From NCBI GenBank assembly GCA_964291495.2, contig OZ219871.1, positions 1,056,001 through 1,120,000 of the forward strand: DNA of 64,000 nucleotides, read 5' to 3'. Numbering within the stretch: position 1 is the stretch's first letter; the number at the start of each line of letters is the position of its first letter. The notes beneath the pieces are model-generated. The model saw only the letters and a program-made list of their open reading frames with translations, did no database searches and was not told the origin of the DNA. A program made the position numbers and the translations under genes. This stretch comes from Dehalococcoidia bacterium (GTDB taxonomy: Bacteria > Chloroflexota > Dehalococcoidia > UBA2979). Below, piece by piece: positions 38,477 through 47,476 of this stretch.

Positions 38477-40147
38477 TCAGACCAGGCCGCGCACCTCGCC
38501 GTCTGGGCCAAGGTCGAAGCCGAGCGCGTTCGGCTGCGCGGGCAGGCCCGGCAGCGTGATGATCGGCCCCGCGAGCGCGATGATCTGGCGCGCGCCCGCC
38601 GCCACCCGCAGCTCGACAATCGGGAAGGTGTGCCCGACCGGCACCCCGCGCCGGTCCTGGAAGGCCGAGAGCGAGAGGTGCGTCTTCGCGACGCAGATCG
38701 GAAAGTCCCAGCCGTTGCGCTCGAAGCGGCGGGCCGTCGTGCGGGTGAGCGGACCCCAGCTCACCCCGTCGGCGCGATAGATCTCGCGCGCGAGCGTCTC
38801 GATCTTCCCGAACACGCCCGCGTCGTCCTCGTAGAGCAGCCGCACCTGCGAGGGCTGCTCGACCGCCGAGACGACGGCCTCGGCCAACTCGGTCATGCCC
38901 GCGCCGCCCTCGCTGAAGCCCTTCGCCTCGACGGCGGCCAGCGCGCCCGCCTCGAGGGCGACACGCTGCGCGATCGCGATCTCCTCGGCGGTGTCGTTCG
39001 GGTAGCGGTTGATCGCGACGACGGCAGGCAGGCCGTAGTCACGGACGACGCCGACCGCGTTGCGCAGGTTCGCGCTGCCCTCCTCGACGGCCTGCGCGTC
39101 GGGCTCGTCGAGGGCGTCGCGCTGCGCGCCGCCGTGCCAGCGCAGCCCGCGGATCGTCGCGACGACGACCGCCGCCGAGGGCTCCGGGCCGCCCTGGCGG
39201 ATCTTGATGTCCATGAACTTCTCGAAGCCGAGGTCGGCCCCGAAGCCCGCCTCCGTGACCGCGTAGTCGCCCGTGGCCAGCGCCAGCCGGTCGGCGATGA
39301 TCGAGGAGCAGCCGTGCGCGATGTTGCCGAACGGCCCGGTATGCACGATCGCCGGCTGGCCCTCGGCGGTCTGTACGACGTTCGGCTTCAGCGCGTCCTT
39401 GAGCAGCACCATCATCGCGCCCACGCACTGCAGCTCGCCGGCGCGCACCGGCCGGTCGTCGGCGGTCCAGCCGACGACGATCTCGGAGAGCCGCAGCCTG
39501 AGGTCGTCGTAGTCCGAGGCGAGCGCGACGATCGCCATGATCTCCGAGGCCGCCGAGATGTCGAAGCCCGTGTCGCGAAGCGGCCCGTCGGCGCGCCCGC
39601 CGACGCCGGTCACGATCCGGCGCAGCGCGCGGTCCTCGGCGTCCGTCACCCGCCGCCAGGTGATGCCCTGCGGAGCGAAGCCCTCGATGGCGCCGGAGCG
39701 CGCGGCGTTGTCCGCCATCGCAGCGAGGAAGTTGTGCGCGGACTGGATCGCGTGGAAGTCGCCGGTGAAGTGCAGGTTGATGTCGGCCTCGGGTTCGACG
39801 ATGGCGCGCCCGCCGCCGGTGCCCCCGCCCTTCATGCCGAAGAGCGGACCGAGCGAGGGCTGGCGAATCGCGAGGACGGCGCGCTTCCCGATCGCCGCGA
39901 GCCCGTCCGTGAGCCCGATCGAGGTGGTGGTCTTGCCCTCACCGGCCGGTGTCGGAGTGATCGCGGTGACGACGACCAGCTTCCCCGAGGCGCCCCCCTG
40001 CGGGATCGCCTCGAGCGGCACCTTCACCTTGTCGCGGCCGTACGGCTCGAGCGCCTCCGACTCGAGGCCGAGCTGCTCCACTACCTCGCGCATCGCGCGC
40101 ACCATAGCCTCCATCGTCTTGCGCGCCGAGGGTACCGGATCGGGCAT
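38477..40147 (-). CDS. fhs: formate--tetrahydrofolate ligase
   Basis: TPTPAGEGKTT, INLHFTGDFHAI, HTGPFGNIAHG, VTEAGFGADLGFEKF. Confidence 0.96.
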   Translation of the reverse strand: MPDPVPSARKTMEAMVRAMREVVEQLGLESEALEPYGRDKVKVPLEAIPQGGASGKLVVVTAITPTPAGEGKTTTSIGLTDGLAAIGKRAVLAIRQPSLGPLFGMKGGGTGGGRAIVEPEADINLHFTGDFHAIQSAHNFLAAMADNAARSGAIEGFAPQGITWRRVTDAEDRALRRIVTGVGGRADGPLRDTGFDISAASEIMAIVALASDYDDLRLRLSEIVVGWTADDRPVRAGELQCVGAMMVLLKDALKPNVVQTAEGQPAIVHTGPFGNIAHGCSSIIADRLALATGDYAVTEAGFGADLGFEKFMDIKIRQGGPEPSAAVVVATIRGLRWHGGAQRDALDEPDAQAVEEGSANLRNAVGVVRDYGLPAVVAINRYPNDTAEEIAIAQRVALEAGALAAVEAKGFSEGGAGMTELAEAVVSAVEQPSQVRLLYEDDAGVFGKIETLAREIYRADGVSWGPLTRTTARRFERNGWDFPICVAKTHLSLSAFQDRRGVPVGHTFPIVELRVAAGARQIIALAGPIITLPGLPAQPNALGFDLGPDGEVRGLV

Positions 40148-40182
40148 GCGGCCCGCCGGAACGCTGCTGGACCGAGTACGCC

Positions 40183-41142
40183 CTAGCCTCGGCCCACGGC
40201 AGCGTCGATGCGCGTCAGCAGCTCGGCGTCGAGGGGGCCGCGCGCCTCGGCGGCGACGCACTCGCGTAGCTCCTCGCGGTTCTTGACGCCCAGCACGACG
40301 GTGGAAACGCCCGGCATCGACAGCGCGTAGCGGTGCGCGAGGGCGGCCGGCGACTCGCCGAGGTCGCGCGCGAGGTCGCGGAACGGCGCGGCGCGCTCGA
40401 AGTCCGCCGCGTCACCGTGCCCTTCGGGCAGCTCGCGGTCGATTGCGTCGGTCAGGGCGCCCGCCTGCACGGCGCGGATCCCCATCACCGCGACGCCTTG
40501 CTCGCCCGCGGCGGCGATCACCTCGCGCGGGCGCAGCGCGCCCCCGAAGCGCTGGATCGCCCCTGCCGAGTCGAGGAGGTTCGCGATGCACTGCACCGCG
40601 CCGGGCGGCGTCTCGGAGCGGAGCGCCGCGACCACGGCGTCGGGGATGCCGATGCCCGTGATGCCCCACGCCCCCGCCAGCCCCTCCGCCACCAGTCCCT
40701 CCAGCGCCGGGCGCACGGCCTCCTCGAAGAGCGTGAGCGGAGTACCCGCGTAGCGATCGGCGTCGGCATCGGCGACGAGCATGTTGTGCACGATGAACAC
40801 GTCGACGCGTTCGAGGCGCAGCCGCGCCAGGCTCTCGATGAGACTCGAGCGGAGCAGGTCCGCCACCTCGGAGGCCGGGGGCGCGCCGACGCGGCACTTG
40901 GTGGAGACGCGCACGCCGTCCGGGAGCCGCCCGCCGAGCGCCTCACCGACGACGCGTTCGGCCTCGCCGTCACCGTAGGTCGGCGCGACATCGAGCAGGG
41001 TGATGCCGAGCTCGATCGCCTCGCGCGTGGTGGCGACGCACTCCTCGCGAGTCGTCGCGCCCCAGACCTGGCCGATCCCCCCGCCGCCGAGGGTGAGCGC
41101 GCTCACGTCGTATCCGAGGCTGCCGAAGGCACGTTGCTCCAT
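40183..41142 (-). CDS. aldo/keto reductase
   Basis: LGITLLDVAPTYGDG, STK, SLARLRLERVD, STVVLGVKNREEL. Confidence 0.9.
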   Translation of the reverse strand: MEQRAFGSLGYDVSALTLGGGGIGQVWGATTREECVATTREAIELGITLLDVAPTYGDGEAERVVGEALGGRLPDGVRVSTKCRVGAPPASEVADLLRSSLIESLARLRLERVDVFIVHNMLVADADADRYAGTPLTLFEEAVRPALEGLVAEGLAGAWGITGIGIPDAVVAALRSETPPGAVQCIANLLDSAGAIQRFGGALRPREVIAAAGEQGVAVMGIRAVQAGALTDAIDRELPEGHGDAADFERAAPFRDLARDLGESPAALAHRYALSMPGVSTVVLGVKNREELRECVAAEARGPLDAELLTRIDAAVGRG

Positions 41143-41180
41143 GCCGCGAGCGTAGTGCGCGTGAGCGCGGCGAGACAACG

Positions 41181-41383
41181 GAGACCTTTGCGAAACGCGC
41201 ACAAGCCCGATCCGGCCCCCTCTCCCTGGGGAGAGGGCGGGGGTGAGGGGGAGGACTCCCGCGCCCTTCGAAAGCCCCGACGGCGCAACGCAATCCCGGA
41301 GGGCGGCTCCTCCCTCACCCGCGGGGGGTTGGGGGGAGTCCCCCCCACAAAGCGCCTAGAGCAGAGGGCTACGCAGAGGTCAC
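41181..41383. mobile_element. MITE-like element, copy B, with imperfect terminal inverted repeats
   Basis: GAGACCTTTGCGAAAC (41181-96) and GCTACGCAGAGGTCAC (41368-83) flank the hairpin repeat cassette; no coding potential. Confidence 0.6.
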
Positions 41384-41408
41384 CGACGGGCGAGGGGACC
41401 GGCGGCGG

Positions 41409-44171
41409 CTAGCTGATCTCCGCCAGCGACTCCTCAAGGCCTTGGAGGCGCGAGGAGGCGGTCGCGAGGCGCTCCTCCTCGCGGGCGACGACGGCGGCGG
41501 GGGCGCGCGTGCGGAACTGCTCGTTCGCGAGCTTCGCGCCGAGCTTCCGCACCTCGTCCTGCGCCTCGCCGATCTGCTTGCCCAGCCGCGCGCGCTCCGC
41601 CTCGAGGTCGAAGAGGCCCGCCATCGGCAGCACGACGCGGCCGACCGGCAGCACGGCGGTCACGACGCCCTCGGACGGCGCGTCCGAGGAGCCCGCCACG
41701 ACGTGCAGCGGGCGCGCCCGCGCGAGCTGCCCGATCGCCGCCGCGAGGTCGCCCGCCGCCTCCGCCGCGCCGTCGGCGACGACGTAGGCCTCGACCCAGC
41801 GGCCGGCCTCGACGCGCTTGGCGGCGCGCTCGTTGCGGATGGCGCGCACGAAGTCCTGCACCGCCGCGAGGTCGCGCTCGGCAGCCTCGTCGTGGCGAGC
41901 GGTGTCGGCCACGGGGTAGCGCGCGACGATCAGCTGCGGCGCGCCGTCCGGGTCCGGGCGCGCCTCGGCGAGGCGCTGCCAGATCTCCTCGGTGACGAAG
42001 GGCATGAAGGGGTGCAGCAGCCGCAGCACGCGATCGAGGACGTGCGCCGCGACCGCGAGCGGGACGCCGTCGCCCTCGCGCACGCGCAGCTTCGCCAGCT
42101 CCAGGTACCAGTCGGCGAATTCGTCCCAGAAGAAGTCGCGCGTCTGGCGCAGCGCCTCGGCGAGCTGGTAGGAGCGCAGCAACTCGTCGGCGAGCCCGAC
42201 CGTCCGCTCCAGCCGCGAGAGCACCCAGCGGTCCTCGCGCCGCAGCCGCGGGTCGCCCACCGGCGGCAGCTCGAGGTCGGCGTCCGGCCCCGCGAGCGTG
42301 CGCACGAGGCGCGCGGCGTTCCAGAGCTTGTTCGCGAAGTTGCGGCCCGCCTCGACGCGGTCGTCGGTGATGCGCTGATCGTTGCCGGGGCTGGTGCCGG
42401 AGATCAGCGCGTAGCGCAGCGCGTCCGTGCCGTACTGCTCGATCACGCTCAGCGGGTCGACGACGTTGCCGAAGGACTTGGACATCTTGCGCCCGTCGGG
42501 CGCGCGCACCAGGCCGTGCAGGTAGACCGTCTCGAAGGGGATATCGCCGCCCTCGAAGCCGCGCATGTTGTAGAGCGAGAGCATGATCATGCGCGCGACC
42601 CAGAAGAAGATGATGTCGTAGCCCGTCTCCATCACCTGTGTCGGGTAGAAGCGCGCGAGGTCCTCCGCGTCCTCGTCGGGCCAGCCGAGCGTCGAGTGCG
42701 GCCAGAGGCCAGACGAGAACCAGGTGTCGAGGGTGTCCTCGTCCTGGCGCAGCGGGCCGTCGCAGGTTGGGCAGGCGTCGGGGTCCTCGACGGCGGCGAT
42801 GGTCTCGCTGCAGTCCCCGGAGTCGCAGTACCAGACGGGGATGCGGTGGCCCCACCAGATCTGGCGGCTGATGCACCAGTCGCGGATGTTCTCCATCCAG
42901 TGCAGGTAGGTGCGCTCGAAGCGCTTTGGCACGAAGGCGATGCGCCCGTCGCGCACCGCCGCGATCGCCGGCTCGGCCAGCGGCCCGACGTTCACCCACC
43001 ATTGCTCCGAGACGATCGGTTCCACCACCGCGCCCGAGCGCTGCGAGTGTCCGACCGCGTGCGTGTACGGCTCGATCTTCTCGATCAGCCCCTTCGCCTC
43101 GAGGTCCTCGACGACGCGGTCGCGCGCCTCGAAGCGGTCGAGGCCGGCGTAGCGCCCGGCGTGGTCGTTGAGCGTCCCGTCGGGCGCGAGGATGTTGAGC
43201 GTCTCCAGCCCGTGCCGCTCGCCGATCTCGAAGTCGACCTGGTCGTGGCCGGGCGTGACCTTGAGCGCGCCCGACCCGGCCTCGATCTCGATCGCCTCGT
43301 CGGCGATCACGGGGATCGGGCGGTCCGAGGTCGGCTCGAGGACCATGCGCCCGATCAGGTGCCGCCAGCGATCGTCCTCGGGGTGCACGGCCACGGCGGT
43401 GTCGGCCGGGATCGTCTCCGGCCGCGTGGTCGCGATCACGATGTAGTCCTCGGCGGGCGTGGCGGGCTGCGCCCGCTCCCCCTCACCCCGGGCCTCTCCC
43501 TCCGGGGGAGCGGGGGCCGGATCGCCGTCCTCGCGAACGGCTGGGTAGCGCACGTACCAGAACGCGGACTCGACGTCGCGGTACTCGACCTCGAGGTCGG
43601 AGAGCGCGGTCTGGCCGACGGGGTCCCAGTTGATCATCCGCTCGCCGCGGAAGATCAGGCCGTCCTCGTAGAGGTTCACGAAGGTCTGGCGGACGGCCCG
43701 CTGGCGCGCCTCGTCGAGCGTGAAGGCCTCGCGCTCCCAGTCCGCCGAGGCGCCGAGCCGGCGGTGCTGCTCGGCGATGCGCGCGCGCGAGGCGTTGACG
43801 AAGTCCCAGACGCGATCGAGGAAGGCCTCGCGGCCGATGTCGTGGCGGCTCACGCCCTCCTCGTCGAGCTGCCGCTCGACGAGCGCGTTGACGGCGATCG
43901 CGGCGTGGTCGACGCCGGGCACCCAGACGGTGTCGTCGCCGAGCATGCGGTGCCAGCGGATCAGCGCGTCCTCGACGGCGGCGGTGAGGGCGTGGCCCAT
44001 GTGCAGCTCGCCGGTGAGGTTGGGCGGCGGCATGATCACCGTGAACGGCCGCTCGCCGCCCCGCGGCTTGAAGCAGCCGCCGTCCTCCCAGCCGCGGTAG
44101 ATGCGCTCCTCGACCTCCGAGGGGTCGTAGGCGCTGCGCATCTCCTCGCTGGCGCCGTTCTCGCTCGTCAT
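41409..44171 (-). CDS. valS: valyl-tRNA synthetase
   Basis: PPPNLTGELHMGH, TTRPET, DWCISRQIWWGHRIP, KMSKS, C-terminal coiled coil. Confidence 0.98.
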   Translation of the reverse strand: MTSENGASEEMRSAYDPSEVEERIYRGWEDGGCFKPRGGERPFTVIMPPPNLTGELHMGHALTAAVEDALIRWHRMLGDDTVWVPGVDHAAIAVNALVERQLDEEGVSRHDIGREAFLDRVWDFVNASRARIAEQHRRLGASADWEREAFTLDEARQRAVRQTFVNLYEDGLIFRGERMINWDPVGQTALSDLEVEYRDVESAFWYVRYPAVREDGDPAPAPPEGEARGEGERAQPATPAEDYIVIATTRPETIPADTAVAVHPEDDRWRHLIGRMVLEPTSDRPIPVIADEAIEIEAGSGALKVTPGHDQVDFEIGERHGLETLNILAPDGTLNDHAGRYAGLDRFEARDRVVEDLEAKGLIEKIEPYTHAVGHSQRSGAVVEPIVSEQWWVNVGPLAEPAIAAVRDGRIAFVPKRFERTYLHWMENIRDWCISRQIWWGHRIPVWYCDSGDCSETIAAVEDPDACPTCDGPLRQDEDTLDTWFSSGLWPHSTLGWPDEDAEDLARFYPTQVMETGYDIIFFWVARMIMLSLYNMRGFEGGDIPFETVYLHGLVRAPDGRKMSKSFGNVVDPLSVIEQYGTDALRYALISGTSPGNDQRITDDRVEAGRNFANKLWNAARLVRTLAGPDADLELPPVGDPRLRREDRWVLSRLERTVGLADELLRSYQLAEALRQTRDFFWDEFADWYLELAKLRVREGDGVPLAVAAHVLDRVLRLLHPFMPFVTEEIWQRLAEARPDPDGAPQLIVARYPVADTARHDEAAERDLAAVQDFVRAIRNERAAKRVEAGRWVEAYVVADGAAEAAGDLAAAIGQLARARPLHVVAGSSDAPSEGVVTAVLPVGRVVLPMAGLFDLEAERARLGKQIGEAQDEVRKLGAKLANEQFRTRAPAAVVAREEERLATASSRLQGLEESLAEIS
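43476..43524. repeat. degenerate hairpin-repeat copy lying in-frame inside valS
   Basis: CTCCCCCTCACCCCGGGCCTCTCCCTCCGGGGGAGCGGGGGCCGGATCG vs intergenic CTCCCCCTCACCCCCGCCCTCTCCCCAGGGAGAGGGGGCCGGATCG. Confidence 0.8.
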
Positions 44172-44207
44172 CGCGCGCTCCTCGGGCAGCCGTCCGGTTC
44201 GCCGGGC

Positions 44208-44232
44208 AAGCAAAACCCCGCCGAAGCGGGGC
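44208..44232 (-). terminator. attenuator-type terminator in the valS leader
   Basis: minus strand GCCCCGC-TTCG-GCGGGGT followed by TTTGCTT. Confidence 0.7.
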
Positions 44233-44264
44233 GTGGGCGACCGGCACGGCCCTCGCTGGGCCGG

Positions 44265-44300
44265 CTAGCCGCCGCTGGCTACAGCTACGTTCCCGTTCAC
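44265..44300 (-). CDS. putative valS leader peptide (MNGNVAVASGG)
   Basis: GTG AAC GGG AAC GTA GCT GTA GCC AGC GGC GGC TAG, starting 7 nt after -10; two rare GTA Val codons. Confidence 0.62.
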   Translation of the reverse strand: MNGNVAVASGG

Positions 44301-44307
44301 GCCCTCG

Positions 44308-44337
44308 ATGGTAGGCAGCGGTCGGCGGAGGGGTCAA
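44308..44337 (-). promoter_or_regulatory. sigma70-type promoter of the valS leader
   Basis: TTGACC-18 bp-TACCAT. Confidence 0.72.
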
Positions 44338-44354
44338 CGCACGCCCCGCGGCTA

Positions 44355-44900
44355 TCACTCCCCCAGCCGCCGCCCCACCTCCTCCACCACCCGCGCTACG
44401 TACCGCGCGCGCGTCTCCGCTGTCCGAGCGCGATCGAGGAAGGCAACCATGCCCTCGCGCTGCGCCTCGGTCAGCGACCCGAACGCCTCGAGGCCGCCGG
44501 GGAGGGCTCCGAGGGCGCTCGAGAGGTCAGCGGGGAGGGCAAGCGCGGGTTCGGGCTCGGCGGGCCAGACTTCGAGGTCGACGGTGTCGCCGAGGCCGAT
44601 GCCCGCGGCGGCGCGTACCTCGCCGTTGAGGAAGAGGCGATGGGCGCCGCCGCCGCGCGGGGTGAGGCGCGTGCGGAACGGGTGGCCGTTCGCAAGGCCC
44701 TCGACGCGGGGGTGGCGCGCCGGCGGATCGCCGGCGAGGGCGCGGCTCGCCTCGGCGGGCACGTCGACGCAGTAGTTCGGGCCGACGCGGTAGATCGCGG
44801 CGCTGAAGCGCCGACGTTCGGACGAGGCGCCGTGCGCGGCGGGCTGCGCGGGGGCGGCCGAGCGCCTACTCTCGTCGGAGTGCGAACGGGGGGACGGCAT
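44355..44900 (-). CDS. YdeI/OmpD-associated (DUF1905 + OmdA) family protein
   Basis: VDVP..VEGLANGHPFRTRL..VRAAAGIGLGDTVDLE..LPADL..ARTAETRARY; start uncertain. Confidence 0.8.
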   Translation of the reverse strand: MPSPRSHSDESRRSAAPAQPAAHGASSERRRFSAAIYRVGPNYCVDVPAEASRALAGDPPARHPRVEGLANGHPFRTRLTPRGGGAHRLFLNGEVRAAAGIGLGDTVDLEVWPAEPEPALALPADLSSALGALPGGLEAFGSLTEAQREGMVAFLDRARTAETRARYVARVVEEVGRRLGE

Positions 44901-45420
44901 GGAGCTGCGCGGCCTCGGCTACCCGGCCATCATCTGCAAGGACATGCAGCGGAGCATAGAGTTCTACTCCAAGCTCGGCATGCGCCACCTCTACACCGAG
45001 CCCAACCGCGACGACGCCGAGTCCGTCCAGGCCCTGCTCCACGCCGGCGGCGACGCCTACCTGCTGCTCGTCGGACCGACCCACGAGGGCGTCCGCATCG
45101 CCGAGGCCAGCCTCGGCGTCGGCTCGATGCAGTACCTCACGCTGCAGGTCTCCGCCGCCTTCATGGACCAGGCCTACTTCGAGCTCTCCACCGCCGGCGT
45201 GCGCGGCAGCGAGGAGATCCGGCGAGGCTACGAGCGGCTCGTCTTCCTCGAGGACCCGGACAACGTCCTGATCGCGCTCGTCGCCTGGTCGACCGAGCCT
45301 CCGGCCGGCCTCGACCGCGCCGAGGTGCTCGCGCGCGCCGGTGAGATCAAGGACGCCGAGGGCGCGCCGTTCGTCGAGGACGAGCACATCCAGCAGGCGA
45401 TCGCCGCGCTGAGCGGCTGA
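44899..45420 (+). CDS. VOC/glyoxalase family protein
   Basis: KDMQRSIEFYSKLG, GSMQYLTL, VFLEDPDN. Confidence 0.78.
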   Translation: MELRGLGYPAIICKDMQRSIEFYSKLGMRHLYTEPNRDDAESVQALLHAGGDAYLLLVGPTHEGVRIAEASLGVGSMQYLTLQVSAAFMDQAYFELSTAGVRGSEEIRRGYERLVFLEDPDNVLIALVAWSTEPPAGLDRAEVLARAGEIKDAEGAPFVEDEHIQQAIAALSG

Positions 45421-45442
45421 TCGCCGGACGAGGAGCGCGCCG

Positions 45443-46228
45443 ATGCCGTATGCCGAGGTCCGCGACACCCGCACCTGGTACGAGCTGCGCGGCGAGGGCC
45501 CGCCGCTGCTCTTCATCAGCGGCAGCGGCGGCCCGCTCTGGTCGATGCCCGGCACGCTCGACCCGCTGATCGAGCGCTTCCGCGTGCTCGCCTACGACAA
45601 GCGCGGCCTCGGACGCTGCGAGGCGCCCGCGACCGTCTGGGAGATGGCGGACTTCGCCGACGACGCCGCGGCGCTGCTCGACGTCGTCGGCTGGGAGCGC
45701 TGCGACGTGGTTGGCGCCTCGTTCGGCGGGATGATCGCGCAGGAGCTGGCGCTGCGGCACCCGCAGCGCGTCGCGAAGCTGGTGCTGTGCTGTACCTCGC
45801 CCGGCGGCGGGTACGCCTCCTACCCGCTGCACACGCTGCTCGACCTGCCTCCCGCCGAGCGCGCCGCGCGGCGCGTCGCGGTCAACGACCTGCGCCACGA
45901 CGCCGCCTGGCAGGCCGCGCACCCCGAGGAGTACGCCGAGCTCGCGGAGCGCTCGATCGGCGGCTACGCGAGCGAGGATGACGCGGCTCGCCACCGCCGC
46001 CTGCTCGCGGCGCGCTCGCGCCTCGACACGATCGAGCGCCTGCCGCGGATCGCGAGCCCGACGCTGATCGCGGGTGGACGCCACGACGGCATAGCGCCGC
46101 TGCGCAACCAGCAGCTGCTGCACGAGCGCATCCCCGGCTCGCGCCTCGAGCTGTTCGAGGGCGGACACGGCTTCATGCGCGAGGACCCGCGCGCCCTCGA
46201 GGTGATCGCGGACTGGCTTACCGCCTAG
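45443..46228 (+). CDS. alpha/beta hydrolase
   Basis: YDKRGLG, GASFGG nucleophile, GRHDGIAP, GGHGF. Confidence 0.9.
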   Translation: MPYAEVRDTRTWYELRGEGPPLLFISGSGGPLWSMPGTLDPLIERFRVLAYDKRGLGRCEAPATVWEMADFADDAAALLDVVGWERCDVVGASFGGMIAQELALRHPQRVAKLVLCCTSPGGGYASYPLHTLLDLPPAERAARRVAVNDLRHDAAWQAAHPEEYAELAERSIGGYASEDDAARHRRLLAARSRLDTIERLPRIASPTLIAGGRHDGIAPLRNQQLLHERIPGSRLELFEGGHGFMREDPRALEVIADWLTA

Positions 46229-46260
46229 CATCGCGGCAGGCGAGCGAACGGAGGGCCGCG

Positions 46261-47469
46261 ATGCGCATCGCCGAGGCGAAGACCTGGGCCGTCGCCAACC
46301 CCGCGCCGCAGCGCGGCGGGCCGTGCTGGATCTTCCTCAAGCTCACCACCGACGACGGCATCGTTGGTTACGGCGAGGCCTACGGTGTGCCGTTCGGCAC
46401 CAGCAAGGTGCGCGGCCTGATCGAGGATGTCGCCGAGCGGCACGCGATCGGCCGCAGCCCATTCGACATCGAGGCGTTGTGGCGCATCGCCTACTCGAGC
46501 GGCTTCGCGCAGCGGCCGGAGCTGACCATGGGCTCCGTGATCAGCGCGATCGAGATGGCCTGCTGGGACATCGTCGGCAAGGCGCTCGGCCAGCCCGTCT
46601 ACAACCTCCTCGGCGGGCGCGTGCACGAGACGCTGCGCTCCTACACCTACCTCTACCCGGCCGAGTCCAGCGCGGACGGCATGCGCTACGCCGACGCCTT
46701 CGACGACCCCGACGCCGCCCCGGCGCGCACCGCCGCCTACATGGAGCAGGGCTTCACCGCCGTCGGCTTCGACCCGGTGATGCCCTACGGCTCGTTCGAC
46801 CCCCGGCAGATCTCGCTCGCGGCGCTCGACAACATCGAGGAGGTCGTGAGGCGGATGCGCGAGGTGGCCGGGAGCCGCTGCGACCTGCTGATCAAGATGC
46901 ATGGCCAGCTCACGACCGCCGCCGTGATCCGCCTCGCCCGCCGCCTCGAGCCCTACGAGCCGCTCTGGATCGAGGAGCCGGTGCCGCCGGAGAACCCGCG
47001 CGAGATGGCCCGCGTCGCGCGCGCGACCTCGATCCCGATCGCCACCGGCGAGCGCCTCGTCACGCGCCATGAGTTCGTCGACGTGCTGCGCTACGGCAGC
47101 GCCTCGATCCTGCAACCCGCTCCGGCGCGCGTCGGCGGCGTCTTCGAGACGAAGAAGATCGCGGCGATGGCCGAGGCGCACTACGCGCAGCTGGCGCCGC
47201 ACCTCTACGCCGGGCCGATCGAGGCGGCCGCCAACATCCAGCTCGGCGTCTGCTGCCCCAACTTCCTGATCCAGGAGAGCATCGAGAACTTCAGCGGCTT
47301 CGACGCCGAGCTGCTGAAGGAGCCGATCGTCTGGCAGGACGGCTACATCATCCCCTCGGACCGGCCGGGCCTCGGCTACGAGCTGGACGAGGCGGTCGCC
47401 GACGCGCATCCCTACGAGGGCGACGACGTCTTCCCGCACATGGAGGAGACCCCGACGCCGACCGTCTGA
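46261..47469 (+). CDS. mandelate racemase/muconate lactonizing enzyme (enolase superfamily) protein
   Basis: ISAIEMACWDIVGK..QPVYNLLGG, WIEEP, IATGER, PSDRPGLG. Confidence 0.92.
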   Translation: MRIAEAKTWAVANPAPQRGGPCWIFLKLTTDDGIVGYGEAYGVPFGTSKVRGLIEDVAERHAIGRSPFDIEALWRIAYSSGFAQRPELTMGSVISAIEMACWDIVGKALGQPVYNLLGGRVHETLRSYTYLYPAESSADGMRYADAFDDPDAAPARTAAYMEQGFTAVGFDPVMPYGSFDPRQISLAALDNIEEVVRRMREVAGSRCDLLIKMHGQLTTAAVIRLARRLEPYEPLWIEEPVPPENPREMARVARATSIPIATGERLVTRHEFVDVLRYGSASILQPAPARVGGVFETKKIAAMAEAHYAQLAPHLYAGPIEAAANIQLGVCCPNFLIQESIENFSGFDAELLKEPIVWQDGYIIPSDRPGLGYELDEAVADAHPYEGDDVFPHMEETPTPTV

Positions 47470-47476
47470 GCAGCGC

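Noticed and set aside
44172-44340. T-box riboswitch upstream of valS
   Set aside because: No T-box antiterminator consensus or stem I; leader too short; leader-peptide model fits better
41442-45344. 1300-aa plus-strand ORF
   Set aside because: Antisense shadow of valS in high-GC DNA; Arg/Ala/Gly-rich, no motifs
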